Assembly: GCA_964247055.1 (NCBI GenBank)
Contig: OZ176057.1
Location: 6,289,327 to 6,353,326 of the forward strand
Source: Paragordius varius
Taxonomy: Eukaryota; Animalia; Nematomorpha
Direction: 5' to 3'
DNA length: 64,000 bases
The translations under genes and the position numbers were made by a program. Below are positions 11,869-25,305 of this stretch, piece by piece (position 1 is the stretch's first letter; each line of letters opens with the position of its first letter). Below the pieces are notes generated by a model that saw nothing but the letters and a program-made list of their open reading frames with translations, was not told the origin of the DNA and did no database searches.

Positions 11869-14800
11869 TCAATAAATAGTGTTGGGCCTTAGAGGTGCAT
11901 TTGAGTAATCAGAATCTGGAAAGCGTTCAGAATATCTTTGTGGTCTCAAATATTTCACAGAAACCAAATTTCCTGCATAAAATATATTATTAATGTTATA
12001 AAAACCCTGTTGCATAAAATATAAACCTTTATTTTTATATCGAAAAATATATGTATCTATCTTTTGTGCGCAAGAAATATAAATCCACAATAAATAGGAG
12101 CTTAAAATTTTTTTATAATATATATATGCAATGAAAAAAATGTAATTTTGATAATTTTTAACCTGCAAACCACCAACCATGTAAAGCTCTGTACGCTTCA
12201 CCAGCCATTTTACAAGTTTGACATTTCAAGTAAACGCAACCCTAAAGGGATAAAACTGCTTAATAATCAAATTTATTATTATATTATTTTGATATATTAA
12301 TATTCAAGTAAATATATGTAATAAATATGGGCTAATACATTAACTATTAAAAATAAAAATTTGTCAAATCTTAATTGAAAATAAATAAGCAAAAATAACC
12401 AATTTTGTTTATTATATAGGATATTGTTAATGTTTTAAAACAAAAAAGCAGCATACTTCAGGACTTTGATGATCAATTACCATATGAACAATTTCAACAG
12501 CTGGTCCACATTTGAGTAAGATGGCATTTTTGATTTTTTCAGGCCAATCGTTACCCATTTCCCTGTTACAACAATAATAATTTTAAAAAAAATATTTGAT
12601 AAAATTTATATTTAATATAAGAATATAGTTATTTTTGAATAAAAATATAAGGATTAATAACAGTTAATTTAACAACATGCCCAGTAGTTTTTGCTTCAAA
12701 CTTTATTTTTAATCATTTATGCCATACAATACTTGATAATGATTATATCCTTAATACAAACCCAAAAAAGTTAAGTTTAAAAAATTACAAATCTTTTTTT
12801 TAATTAAGTTTTTTCAAGCCAAACTTAGATATTAGAAAGGCGATTAAAGAAAGAAACTAATTACAAATGTCGATTATTAAACATATTCCGTATTTTGAGA
12901 CATGGGGTAAGGCCCTGAGCTCCAATTTGATTGAGAGTATCGAAAGCTGGTCCTTGCCACAAACAAGAATTCTTGTTTGAGAAATTATTTTCATTTTTCG
13001 GATGATTGTTGGTATTTAGAAAATTATTGTCTTTTTCAGGCAAGAGTCCTTCAATATTATTTTGCTAAAAATATATGAAAAAAAATTTGAGTAAACTATT
13101 TGTATGTATATTGGAATATAGCTCTAAATATTTATATTTTTTGCATATACTTGACTTTAGAGAATCATTTAATCACTTAAAAAAGGTTTGTGCCAAAATA
13201 TATATTTATATATATGACTATTTTGCTAGTTTTTTACAATTATTTCATATTTTACGATATTTGGCAACCAATTTCATCCGGATTTTGGGATAAAAGAAGC
13301 ATATTAATATATTAAAGAGTTTTGATGAAAAAAACAGAAAATAAATTCAATTATATTACCATATCCATTTACAATTGTCATGAGAATATCACATTTTTAT
13401 TTTATGTTTTAACTCAATTTATAACAATTTTTCGATTAGTTAATTAATCACATTCAAGATTAACATTACAGTAGAATATTAAATGGGCTAACTTACATCA
13501 AAAGTTGTTTGAAAGAAAGCAGCTAAAATAGAAAAGAGCATATCATTGAACAAAAAGGTAAAAAAGTCAAAAATTAATACATAATAATTTATGTTGGATT
13601 CTCTTATTTATGCCAATAAAATATCTTTTTTTATAATATTTTTTAAAATGGTAAAATCTTTCATAACCGATTAAAAATAAGGTTAAAAGGTTGACAATTT
13701 TTCCAAAAAGTTTTAAATTGGTAATATTTGATAACCGGTATATATAACGCGTAGTCATGTTTTCTGATTAAAAAAAGTAAATGATAAATATTAAGCTTAA
13801 AAAGAAAATCAAACTATTTCATATCTTGATTGTTCTCAGCTTTCTATTTAACTACATAATTATATTATTATATGATTGTGTGTACAATTCTTTATTCCCC
13901 ATTTTGTAACCCAAAATAATTATCAATATTTTTTTTTAAAAATATGTTATCAATATTTTCATAAAAGATAATTAATTTTATACGTTTTGTCCTTATTATA
14001 ATTGTAATTTTACCTTTCTATAACCATTTTTTGACGAGAAAAAAGATAATAATTTTTTTTGGAAAATAAAAGAACAAACTTTGAAAGTTGTTTTTGGGGT
14101 GTTTGAATTCTGTTGTCGGGTAGTGGTAACCGATGGCAACCAGCGCCAAACATCAAAAGGTTCGCCCGAAATCGTTTGCGTTTCAAGTCGTAAACGACTT
14201 TCATGTTGATTTATTTGATCACAAACACATTCCCATAGCTTTGATTGAGCTTTTCTGAAGGAAAAATATTCGAAATTTAAAAAGATAAAATATTTATATA
14301 TTTTTTTGTAAAGAAATCCATAATTTGTAATATACGTGAAGAAAAATTAAAAAATGATGAATTATATCAGATTCAATTGTAATCTTTTGTAGGTTATATA
14401 GAATAATACTTTATTGCAAAATTCAAGTTAATATGCAAATACTAATCTGTGAAAAGGAAATCCCAAATTTATTAAAATAAAAAAAATAAAACATAAAAAA
14501 ATAATAACAAAAAATATTGCGATATCACCTGTTCAAATTTGGATTTTAGGCAGCCAAAAAATATTAAAAATCAAGTAAAATAAAAACAATAATATAATAA
14601 AAATTTATTTTATTTTTTTAATTTACACCACATTCTAGTAATTTAAAAAAGAAACCTATTTTGAGGTGATATAAGCATATCTTTAACATGAGCCAACGCA
14701 ACATACCCATAAGGGTAATTTATAGGATCTGCCCTATGCATTCTATCATTTTCTTCAACAAATTCTAATGTTCGAAAATATAAAAATAATTTTAAGGAGA

Positions 14801-17800
14801 AAATTTTAAATGAAAATACAGTAAAAAGTAAAGATTATACGGTGGACAAAATGTAAAAATAAAAAGACAAATAAATATTTTTTTCAAAAGACAACCCCAT
14901 ACTATTTAAATATTGAGCTTATTTCAATATAACTGTTTGAAAATGTAAAAATAATTTTAAGGAGAAAATTTTAAATGAAAATACAGTAAAAAGTGAAATT
15001 ATACGGGGAAAATGTAAAATAAATAGAATTTTTAAAAGACAACCTATTTTTTTTTAAATTTAAATCTACCCATATAAATGATTTTTTTACAATTAAATTA
15101 TATGATTAATTGTGTTACCAATATACATCTCTATTCCACACTTTGAAATTTTTAACAATTATTTAAATATAATAAATTGGTCTTTTTTTACGTGTCCGTA
15201 TAATTTCCGTTTTTATGGATATTTATATGGCGCATAGTTTAATATTTTTTCAGTATTATTTTATTTTAAAACAAAAAATTAGTTTTTAAAAATAATATAC
15301 ATTGAAATATAGATAATTTTTAATCTTGTAAAACATATAATTTTATTTGAGGGTAAATTTTGAATTGTTTAAGAGTAAATTTGAATTGTAAATGGCAGAT
15401 AATAAAACTTTATTTTATAGAAAATATAAATTAAATTAATATATACCAATAACTTTATGTAGCATTTCGTAAATTAGTTCTTGATTTTTGCGCCGTTTTT
15501 GAAGGAATGCGAAAAATCCATAACCCAAACTGCCCAAAAGAGTTAAAGCTATAAAATATAAATAAAATATTAACTAAAAAATTCATTGTTAGTTATAAAA
15601 ATGGTTATGAAATCTTTATAAATTAACACAATAGTATATGGTAAATTTTAAAGTTTTTAAATAAATTTTGAATTCAAAATCAATCAAATTTTTTTAAATC
15701 CAAAAGATGCGCATTCATCTATATCCATATTATATTATATAAATTATATAAATGTAATTTTTGTTTAATGTTTTAAATACTCTATTTTTCCCATTTTTAA
15801 GGCTAATAAGTTAGTTTAATCATCCATAATTTTACGCACACTAAACTATATATTTGCAAATATTTCTTTAAAGAAAATAAAAAAAATTTTAAATAAAGAA
15901 ATTTGTAAATAAAAAATAAATTAATTACCCAATAAAATGGTCAAAAATTTGCCAAATATAATGGCAAAAATCTTTGCTATTTTACACCAAAGAGGTGTTT
16001 TAGGTTTCAAACATTTTAACCAATACACTTCATGCGGACTGCTTACTGCCATACCAAATTTATCTGAGAGTCTAAAAATATATCAATATACCATTAACAA
16101 AGTGCAAATTCAATCTTGAAATAAATTATGAGTTTTTATGATTAAAAATCACCTAATTTTTTATATATTTTTAAAAAATGATATTAAAAACAAATAAACT
16201 ATGCCTCAAAGATATATTTCACGTAATAGAATTATATTACTGCCCAAAACAAAAAAATTATTTTTAAAGGTAAATTTGAATTGTTCAAGGGTGAATTTGA
16301 ACGGTAAATAATTCTCAATTTTTAATATTGTTCATCATTAATTGTAAATTATTTCATTAGTAAAATATTCTCTAAAAATTAAATATTTTTTTTAAATTTA
16401 AAATTAATTTTTTATACAATATACGTTAAATTAAAAAATAAAATGATATTTTTCATACTCAATTCCCCAATGTGGATTATTGTGAAACATTGCTAGAACA
16501 GCCAATAAATAATCATTCAATTCTTGATGAGACGTTTTAGCCTTAAATATATTTGATAAAAAAAAGTTAACAAATATAAAAATTTATTTTAATTTTTTCA
16601 CTAAAATTAATTTTTAAAATACAGTAAAAACTGAAATTATAAGGACAAAACGTAAAATTATAAAGGCAAATATTTTTTTGAATAATTAAATTTTTCCTTT
16701 AAAACTATGTATCTATGATTATATAATAGTGTCTTATATATATCAATATTACATAATTTAATATACAAAATAATGAGTTTTATTCAAAAAAAAATCAAGA
16801 TTAAGTATGGGGTTGTCTTTTGAAAAAACATATTTGTCGTTATAGGTTTTATCCATGTAATTTCAATTTTACTCAATTTTTACGAATTAATTAATTTAAA
16901 AGATATATTAAAAATAAAATTTATCTGAAATAATAGAAAAAATTATTTTAATAATCGATATTATTGGCTTTTAAATATAGATGGAATAAAAATTGTTTAA
17001 ATAAGTAATTTATTACATAAAAAAATTTAAATAATCATTATTAAAAAAATAAATTACATATCGTGATTTTAATTGCAAAATGATATCGTCAGTTGACATA
17101 TTCCCAGACATTGAATCTGCACTTTTAAACATTGAACAGGCGTCTTTTCCTTATAATAAAAATATCAAAATCAATATTTTAACTTTTTTTAAGCGACCGG
17201 TCAAAACCGTATGCATTCGTTTTTTTATACATAAAGCGTTTAAAAAACTAATTTTTAAAAATAAATAAAAATATATACCAGCTTTGTTTGATAAAATAGT
17301 ATATATAAGGCGAGCAAGCTTGGGTATAACTAAATGGTTTTGTTCTTGTAAACATTTCTATATCCAAAAAAATATATTATTTTAAATTAATGAAATGATT
17401 TTAATAAAAATGTTTTGATTATAATATATTATACCGTATCCTCCGTCTGACATTGTATGTTTGTTATTTGACCTAAAAAATTGTATATTATAGATATTAA
17501 ATAATCCTAAATAAGTATTTATAATTTGATTGTTGCAAAATTCTCGACAAACTACAGTAAAAGTTTTTATAATAATTTTGGAATTAAATTATGATATGTG
17601 TAAAAAAACTTTTGAAATCTTTTTGCGTCGGTGATTTGGTCCATGATGATTGTGAGTGTGAAATATATTTTTTGGGGCCTTTAAATTCATTCTTTGTAAA
17701 AGCCACAATAAGGAGATAAATTAAGGCTAATGTAAACAGGGCAGTGAGTAATTTCTGAAGAACCGATGGAGTTAAAACGATGAAGGAATCGAAAAGCTTT

Positions 17801-18762
17801 TGTGCAATTGATTTTAGATTGGTGAAAATGTTTGAATTTAAATAATAATTCTGATTATTTCTTCGAGATTTCAGCTGCCGATTTGAAAAGGAGTAATTAT
17901 AAGGATCGTTTGGTGTTTTTCTCGTCTGCTTAAAAGATTTATTTCTAATGCCCTCCGGCGTATTGTAATATGAATCATCAATATATTCAATTCCATCCTC
18001 GTTTTCATAATCGTGTTGGTCTTTTCTAGTACTTGATAGATTTAAACGTTCAAATTTATTTTGTTGAGTAGGACTTTGCCTTCTGTAAACACCAGATGAT
18101 CTATATTTTGGATTTCGGTTCAAATATTCAGAAACATGGTTATAATCCTCATCTTCATTCTCTATTATATTATTGGTATTTCGTGGAAAATTTGTATCGG
18201 AAATATTTTTTTGATAATTTTTTTCGGTATTATTTTTATTAGGTGTTAAACCGCTAATGGTAGAACGAGACCTTATGAGTGGATAGGGATTCGAAGTTTC
18301 ATCTTTGCTATTATCAGATGAACGGCCTATAGTGTTGTGTGGCATTTCCTCTGTCCTGTAATTACTGTTTAATCTACTAATGTTTAAAAGTTTTTCAGAT
18401 TTGTTTTTTATAACTTTGTCATTTTTTGGCAAGGGTGTTGGTGGAGAAACGATCGTTTTGGGTTTAGTTTTTGGCTCAGAATTTTTTTCTAAAGAAAAAT
18501 TATGGTTTTCATCAATAAGAAGTTTTTTGGTTGATCTAGTTATTCTTGTTTTGACTTGATGCGAATCAACGATATTTTCATCACCATATTCATTTATCGG
18601 TTGATCAGATAATTGTTCTAAAACGCGTTTAAGTTTTTTCTGGTATAAATTTCGAGTTGTTTGAGTGATAGGTCCCACATTTTCTCCCAACTCCTTTAGT
18701 TTCTTTCTTAATTCCTCGTCCGTTAAACTTTCAATGTTAATTTGATGCGAAGCAGATACCAT
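11869..18762 (-). CDS. LEMD3: Inner nuclear membrane protein MAN1 (LEM domain, 2 TM, MSC/winged-helix, UHM/RRM), multi-exon
   Basis: Exon 1 from ATG 18762 gives the LEM domain (LTDEELRKKLKELGENVGPITQTTRNLYQKKL) and TM1. Downstream exons read by hand: ~16455-16545 (HNNPHWGI), ~15927-16072 (CLKPKTPLWCKI), ~15450-15550 (TM2, QKRRKNQELIYEM), ~14660-14770 (YVALAHVKDMLI), ~14080-14255 (LWECV..HESRLRLETQTISGEPFDVWRW), 12865-13064 (LWQGPAF..LTPCLKIRNMF), 12457-12562 (WPEKIKNAILLKC..IVHMVID), 12163-12241 (GCVYLKC..AGEAYRALHGWWFAG) and 11869-11972 (NLVSVKYLRPQRYSERFP). These match known MAN1 C-terminal motifs. Some internal exon boundaries are approximate. Confidence 0.92.
16622..16874. mobile_element. 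MITE (CAGT family) inside a MAN1 intron
   Basis: TACAGTAAAAACTGAAATTATAAGGACAAAACG ... GGTTGTCTTTTG..ATATTTGTC..ATTTCAATTTTACTC. Confidence 0.75.
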
Positions 18763-18820
18763 AATGTTCAGTGAATGAATGATTTGGCGCACCTCAAAAA
18801 TTATTTTGGTTTGGATTTGA
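18763..18820. promoter_or_regulatory. 58-bp divergent gap between the MAN1 and PGGT1B start codons (putative bidirectional promoter or overlapping 5-prime UTRs)
   Basis: MAN1 ATG at 18762 (-) and PGGT1B ATG at 18821 (+). No motif evidence beyond geometry. Confidence 0.55.
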
Positions 18821-21800
18821 ATGAGTTTAATAAAAGTAATCTCAAATGACAATCTCTACACCGATAAGCTTGTTAAATTTGTTTTATTTTGCCTTGATAG
18901 TTTACCTTTTGATGTCGTTTATGTAGAAAGTAGCAAGTTTTTTTACCTTATTCCTTAGATTAACCATACTCTTTTTCTGTTTGGGTTCTTTAGCCATCGT
19001 AGATAAATTGAATGTTTTGAAAAACCCGAAAAATTATTTCGATTGGATTAAAGGCTTGTACATCTCTTCTCCACATCAAACTGGATTTGCCAGTTCATAT
19101 CTTTTTACCGATAATTGCGATTCAAACACTCAACCATTATATAATTATACTCATTTAACTATGACTCTTAGTGCAATATTATCGCTAAAAATCTTGGCGT
19201 CTGCCTTTAAAGATCTCAAAAATGATATTGAAACATTTTTAGATTCCATAAAACTTCCAATATTCAATGGTTTAAAATCGTACGCTCATCCAGATGGCAG
19301 GTATAATGTTTTATAAATTTTAATTATATTGCTAACTTTTCTGGATTTTATATAAAAACTTAAAAAAAATAATATATCACGCAAAAACTATATGTTTAAA
19401 ATGCTTCTTTAACGGTTAAGCTAAATCTATCCTTATTACATATCCAGATTAATATATTGCTTTCTAAACTTTATTACTTTTTTTCGTAATTGCATTTTGA
19501 GGCAGTTATATTCTAGAGCTTAATTTGCCAATATTAACTACTAATTTCAAGGCTGTTTTGGTTAAAATTTAATCATAGAACGTATTATAAAAAAAATCAA
19601 ATTTTTTACTAACCTCTAGTCTTCTGAATTCAAATAGTTCCAGACAGGACTAGCTGATAATAAAATCAATAAATATCAAAAATTTGATGGTATATTGTCA
19701 TTTAAAAGCTTTTTTAAAGTTAATTATATATAACCATAATATACAATAAATAGTCTTGTTATATTAGCGATATATAAATTATTAAAAAAATGAGGCGAAA
19801 CAGTTTGATGAAGATATTTAACCTTTTTTTAAAAAAATTACTTTTGTATCATGAGCTAAAAAGCTAAATATATCATCAATTTGGCATAAGTTAAATATTT
19901 TCAAGATATTCATATTTGTCTGTTATAAAAAAATTATGTCTAGTTTTAAAGTTTGTCTGGATAATTACATATTTTACTGTAAAACTATTCTTAAAGGTTA
20001 TAAAGTGTTTAATGGTTATATTTTACTTTGTTAAAAATATTTAACATTAGTATTTATTTTTTTCAAGTTTTGGCCCCATTGTGGTGGAGAGTGAGCGAGA
20101 TGTCAGATTTATATATTGTGCTTCTGCAATATGTGCCATCTATGACGATTTCACGCATATTGATTCTCAAAAATGTATACATTTTATTATGCAATGCTTG
20201 GTATATAAATTTATTATATTTAGTTTAAATTATTATATATAAATATTTTAGAGTTTATTTGCTTTCATTTTTAGGGATGTTTTAAAACTTTATAAAGAAT
20301 TCTAAAGAAAAATCACTTTTTAATTGGTTTTTAATTTTAGACTATGACCTGAATAATATAGGTGTATTATAAACATCATATTCTAATATTAATAATTGAC
20401 AGGTTTTTAAAATAAAACAAGGGCTTATTTATTTTATAAATATTGAAAATTGTTTTTCAATTATGTGTATATATTGTGCTATATTTTTTTAATAATAATT
20501 GGGGAAATATTATTTTTATATTTGTAGACATATGAAGGGGCCTTTGGACAGGTCCCTAACGCTGAAGCACATGGTATTTAAAAAAATTAATACTTTTAAT
20601 ATTATTAACTTTATAAGCTTACTCTAAATAATATTTAAAAATTATTAAATAAAAAAACTTATATAAAATATATTTTTTCATCCATATATCTTTTTTAACT
20701 TGAATTTTTAAAAAACATTTATAAGTTGCCAAATATGGTAAAATGCTCATAAAATTTTCATATTTTTTAAAAAATTTTCATAAAAAAATACTTTCTCTTT
20801 TATCATTTGTGTCAGTTTAGTATAAAATTACTATATATATCTTTTGAAATTCAAATTTATTTACCATTGAACAATGCAAATCACCCTAAAATAATTTTTG
20901 TGTTTTTGGGCAGCTAATATAACTCATTATTATTATAAAATATGTTCTTTTGACATAGTTTATTATTTTTTAGTATTATATTAATTTTAAACGTAATTTA
21001 TTTTGTAAAAGTATATAAAATATAAGTAATTTTTTTAAAAAAACACATGATTTATTTTAGGGTATAATTAAAGTTTAAGGTTGAATTTAAATTGTTTTAG
21101 GGTTATTTAAAGTTTAAGGGTGCTTTTGAACTAAATGGTATATATTACTATTTTTAGGTGGTTCTACATTCTGTGCCATAGCCAGTTTATATTTATTGCT
21201 TCAAAATAATAAAACATCCTTAAAAGTTTCTCAAAACAACTTTGCTTTTATTCAAAACTTTGCGGAACGGTATAGAAATATAGTGAGATGGTGTTTCATG
21301 AGAGCTAATTATTGTAATGGTTTTACGTTTTTGCTTTTTAAATTGTAAATTTTTTGAAAAAAATTAAAAAAAAACAATAATATTAAATTGTCTTGAAAAA
21401 TTCAAATAAAATATTTTATTTTTTTTATATATTGGAATGATATATTTTTATAAACTATTTTTTAGACATATTTGAAGGATTTAACAATTTATATTAAATT
21501 TTATTAAAATGAATTTTTGCTAAAGAAAATTCTTATTAAATTGTTTAGTAAAAATTGAAATTATACGGACAAAACGTAAAAATATAAAGACAAATATTTT
21601 TTTCTAAAAGACAACCCCATATTTAATATAATGTTTTTCATACAAGCTATAGTTACACTTATAAAATAGAGAATTGTGTTAGTCTTATATATTTCTCGCT
21701 TTACCAATTAAAACAACGAATTATATTGATATAATTCTAGATTTAAAAAAATGGTTGTCTTTGAAAAAAATATTTGCCTCTATATTTTTAAGTTTTTTCC

Positions 21801-23804
21801 GTAATTACAGTTTTTACTGTAAAATTATTTTAAAAATAATGGCGTTACTGAATTTTTGGTTAAATTTTTATAAAAATTTGAATTTTGTTAACAAAAATTT
21901 ATATGGTATTTTTTTATTTTAGATCAAAATTCGAAAGACCCTACGAGCTATATTGGGTTTAATGGACGCCCTAACAAAGATACTGATAGCTGTTATACTT
22001 TTTGGATTGGTGCCACTTTAAATGTAACTATTTCAATATATAGTAAAAATTGAACAAAAATAAAAATATAAAGACAAATATTTTTCAAAAAGACAACCTC
22101 ATACCTTTTAAATTTTGATTTTTTGAATTAAAACTCATTGTTTATCTCTTCAAGTATAAAATAGTGATATAAATTACTAACGCCATCAATTATGTATTTT
22201 ATGATTGTAATTAAATGATTTTTTAGGGTATGGATGTCTCTTGATAAAAAATATCCGTATTATTTCAATTTTTACTTTGCTATATTTTGGTTATTTCAGT
22301 AAAAATTGAAATTAAAAAAATAAAAATAATTATTTTTTCCTATAAAATTTTATATACAAAATTAATATTATGCGGACAAAACCTAATAACTAGAGATAAA
22401 TATTTTTTTAAAAACACTTTTTTGAACCGCAAAGTAGAATGGAGTTTTATATTGGTAACACAATTGAATATATTTTACAATAATTATTGATATAGTGTTA
22501 TATTTTAAAATTAATATTTGTCTTTATGATTTTACGTTCCGTATAATTTCAATTTTCCCTGTAATTGTGATGATATATTTGCATCGATTTTACGAATATT
22601 GGTAAATTAAGATTTCATATGTCTTTTTATAATATAGCAGTTTTAAGCGTTTTGTTTTCACCTCATATTACAGTATAAACGGAAATTATACTGACAACAC
22701 GTAAAAATATAAAGACAAATATATTTTCTAAAAGATAACCCCATACTTTTTAAGTCTTGATTTATTTTTTAACTCATTGTTTTAAATGGCAAAGTGTGAA
22801 ATAGAGATATATAATATCTACACAATCAATTTATATTATACAATAGTAACTAAGTAGCTTATAGGGAAGCATTTAGGTATTAGAAAGTATGGCTGTCTTT
22901 TGATAATAATATTTGTCTTTATTTTCACGTTTTGTCCGTATAATTTTAATTTTTACTCTAATTTTTGCTAATATATTTTATAGATACTGTCCAAAATGTC
23001 ACCTAATACTGCTTTGTCTCCAATGTTAATTCAACACAAAAAATTGTTATTCGAAACTTTCATAGAAAATAAAGGGCCTTATATCACTCATTATTTATTG
23101 GATTTGATGCAAGATACAATACGGGGTGGTTTTAAAAAGGATATGGATATTGAGAATCCTGGTTTTATAATTTATAAATATTTTTGCCTATTATATTGAA
23201 ATTTGAAATTCTTTTTACTAATTTACATTTTAAAACCTTAAGTTTTCCTACACAAATTATAATTTTATAGATTTTGTTCCATATATATCTCTATTTTATA
23301 CTTAAAAAAATCAAAAAATACTCATTTTTGAATAATTTTTTATGTCTTATCGTTTTGTCAGTTTGTTTCAATTTTTACTAAAAAGTTCGAAGTTAAAACG
23401 CAACGAAACTCAGTTTTTTAAGTTGATTATTTAAAATGAAACGGATGAAGCAATAAAATATGGTTATCTTTTTTATGAGAGTTTTTTGTTTTGATTTTAA
23501 ATAATTTAGAAGACTTAATTCCAAAATATGGTTTTTTACTGTTGATTGTCTTTATTTATCGCAGTAGTCCAATTAAAATTGTTGATTTTTTACTTTTTTT
23601 GAATGGTTTTGATATAATCGCACTCTAAGTATTGCATTTGATGTATTTTATATCAATTTTATTTGTATAGATCCTCTCCATACATACTTGAGTTTGTGTG
23701 CTTTATCTTTAATAAGTCAAACAACAAATGTTACTTCTGATGGCGATAAAAATTTTACCATATTGAAAAAACGGATTGATTCAGCTTTAATCATGCCTTT
23801 GTGA
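18821..23804 (+). CDS. PGGT1B: Geranylgeranyl transferase type-1 subunit beta (prenyltransferase), ~8 exons
   Basis: Exons by hand: 18821-18936 (FVLFCLDSLP..ESSK), a 22-nt intron, 18959-~19300 (LTILFFCLGSLAIVD..THLTMTLSAILSLKIL..HPDG), ~20068-20188 (SFG..ESERDVRFIYCASAIC), ~20528-20573 (YEGAFGQVPNAEAH), ~21158-21318 (GGSTFCAIASL..IVRWCFMR), ~21923-22023 (GFNGRPNKDTDSCYTFWIGATL), ~22984-23161 (QDTIRGGFKKD) and 23671-23804 (DPLHTYLSLCALSL). The motifs fit GGTase-I beta (GRPNK.D.CYSFWVGATL, PDALH). Confidence 0.9.
21546..21819. mobile_element. MITE (CAGT family) inside a PGGT1B intron
   Basis: AGTAAAAATTGAAATTATACGGACAAAACGTAAAAATATAAAGACAAATA ... GGTTGTCTTTG..CAGTTTTTACTGTA. Confidence 0.8.
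22671..22958. mobile_element. MITE (CAGT family) inside a PGGT1B intron
   Basis: TACAGTATAAACGGAAATTATACTGACAACACG ... ACGTTTTGTCCGTATAATTTTAATTTTTACTC. Confidence 0.75.
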
Positions 23805-24167
23805 TATTATTAATTAATGCAGCATTTTGTATTCTCTAAATAAATTATTTCATAATTTTTTATTATACATACAGGTAATATTGAAATTATAAAAACATTT
23901 TATAACAGTTAAAAGACTACGATTGTCTTTTAAATGAAAACCATATTAGTCTTTTGAATTGAGAGATGTTTTATGCTATGATTGCAGGATCACTATATTT
24001 CGCTCTACAACCTTAAAAAATAAAATATATTTTTGGACGGTAAAAATTCTTCGCTATAATTATGCCAAACATATCTTGCTTGATTACTAATTAATTTAAT
24101 TGCGATTTCACTCAAACTTCAGCGTATTTGGCAAAAATATAAGAAAAAAGTGTTTATTTAATCTAAT

Positions 24168-24540
24168 ATGGATATGGTCGACTTTGGTATTTCCTGCTTC
24201 CGTTCAATCAATTTTACTTCAGACATCGTCGGAACGCCATTTTACATGGCCTACGACATGCTCTGTCGAGACACCTATGATTAAAAAGTGGACATTTTGT
24301 CCTTTCGGATAATAATAATCAAATTAGTTGTAGGAAACCCTCCATACGGCATAAATTGGAGTTTAGAAATTAGATTTATCTTTAAATACCACCTTCATTT
24401 TCAGTTAGATTTCACATAAAATTATCAAAACAGAGATCCCCACCCTGTCGAAATCTATTTCGAGAGCTTTCACCGATTTTATACAAAAGTGTTTGCGCAA
24501 AGAGGCCACCGATCGATGGTCGGCCAATGACTTGCTGCAG
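24168..24540 (+). pseudogene. STE20/PAK-like kinase C-lobe fragment, type A copy 4
   Basis: MDMVDFG..VGTPFYMAYDMLCRDTYD, premature TAA, KVDI..GIIIIKLVVGNPPY; second exon RAFTDFYT..RKEATDRWSANDLLQ. Confidence 0.75.
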
Positions 24541-24929
24541 GTATACACATTAATATTTTCATTGAATTGCCTATAACTTTTACGGTAAAATATATAACCA
24601 AATAATGTTTTTGGTGGCCTTTTTGGAAAACATTTAATAGATCTAGATGTATGTTTTTTGTAGAAAGATCTCCCGCGAATCCTTGAAAAACACGAATTTT
24701 GTAACTTAAACTATACACTTCCGTTGGTAGAAAAATTTAAAACATCATATGGGTATTGATTTTTGTGATCTGAAATCGATTTGATCTGTGACGGAGTTCA
24801 CTATACGCTCTCAATGAGATTGGCTCCAAAAAAGGTGCAAATAAATTATTTCTTTATAAAGTTTACCGTAAAAATTATATAATAGGTAACCCAGTGAAAA
24901 AGAAATCAATTAATTATGTATATATGCAT

Positions 24930-25305
24930 GAATTCATAGGCTGACCATCTATCGGTGGCTTCTTTGCGCAAAGAGTTTTGTAGAAAAAAGGAAAGTGATG
25001 GAAAATGGTTCCGGCAGGGTTGGTGTCCTTGTTTAGATGATTTTATGCAGTATCTAACAAAAATTAAAGGTCGAATTTAAAATGATAAATAGTATAGTTA
25101 CGTGATTCCACTAAATATCAACTTATGGAGGGTTGTTGCCTCCAACTAATTTGATTATTACAAACAAGAACCTAAGGTCCACTTTGTGATCATAGGTATC
25201 TTGACTAAGCATGTCGTAGGCCATATAAAGGGGTGTTCCAACAATGTCTGGAGTAAAGTTGCTTGAACGAAGGACGGAAAGGCCAAAGTCAACCATATAA
25301 TACAT
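24930..25305 (-). pseudogene. STE20/PAK-like kinase C-lobe fragment, type B copy 3
   Basis: MVDFGLSVLRSSNFTPDIVGTPLYMAYDMLSQDTYDHKVDL..IIKLVGGNNPP, with a decayed second exon. Confidence 0.7.

Noticed and set aside
11869-17268. ORF-track proteins 11869-12201, 12861-13043, 14010-14204, 15937-16119, 17080-17268, and the extended start of 17584-18852
   Set aside because: They are exons of MAN1 read with intron sequence, in the wrong frame or antisense. The TTG start at 18852 overlaps the PGGT1B start; the first ATG is 18762.
17584-18762. Genome-wide TAG reassignment suggested by the TAG-interrupted ORF
   Set aside because: The long Gln-rich MAN1 exon and the ELP6 and PGGT1B exons contain no in-frame TAG, so the host appears to use the standard code.
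20028-23199. ORFs 20028-20228, 22287-22490 and 22996-23199 as separate genes
   Set aside because: A wrong-frame reading of a PGGT1B exon, intronic AT-rich noise, and a true PGGT1B exon, respectively.
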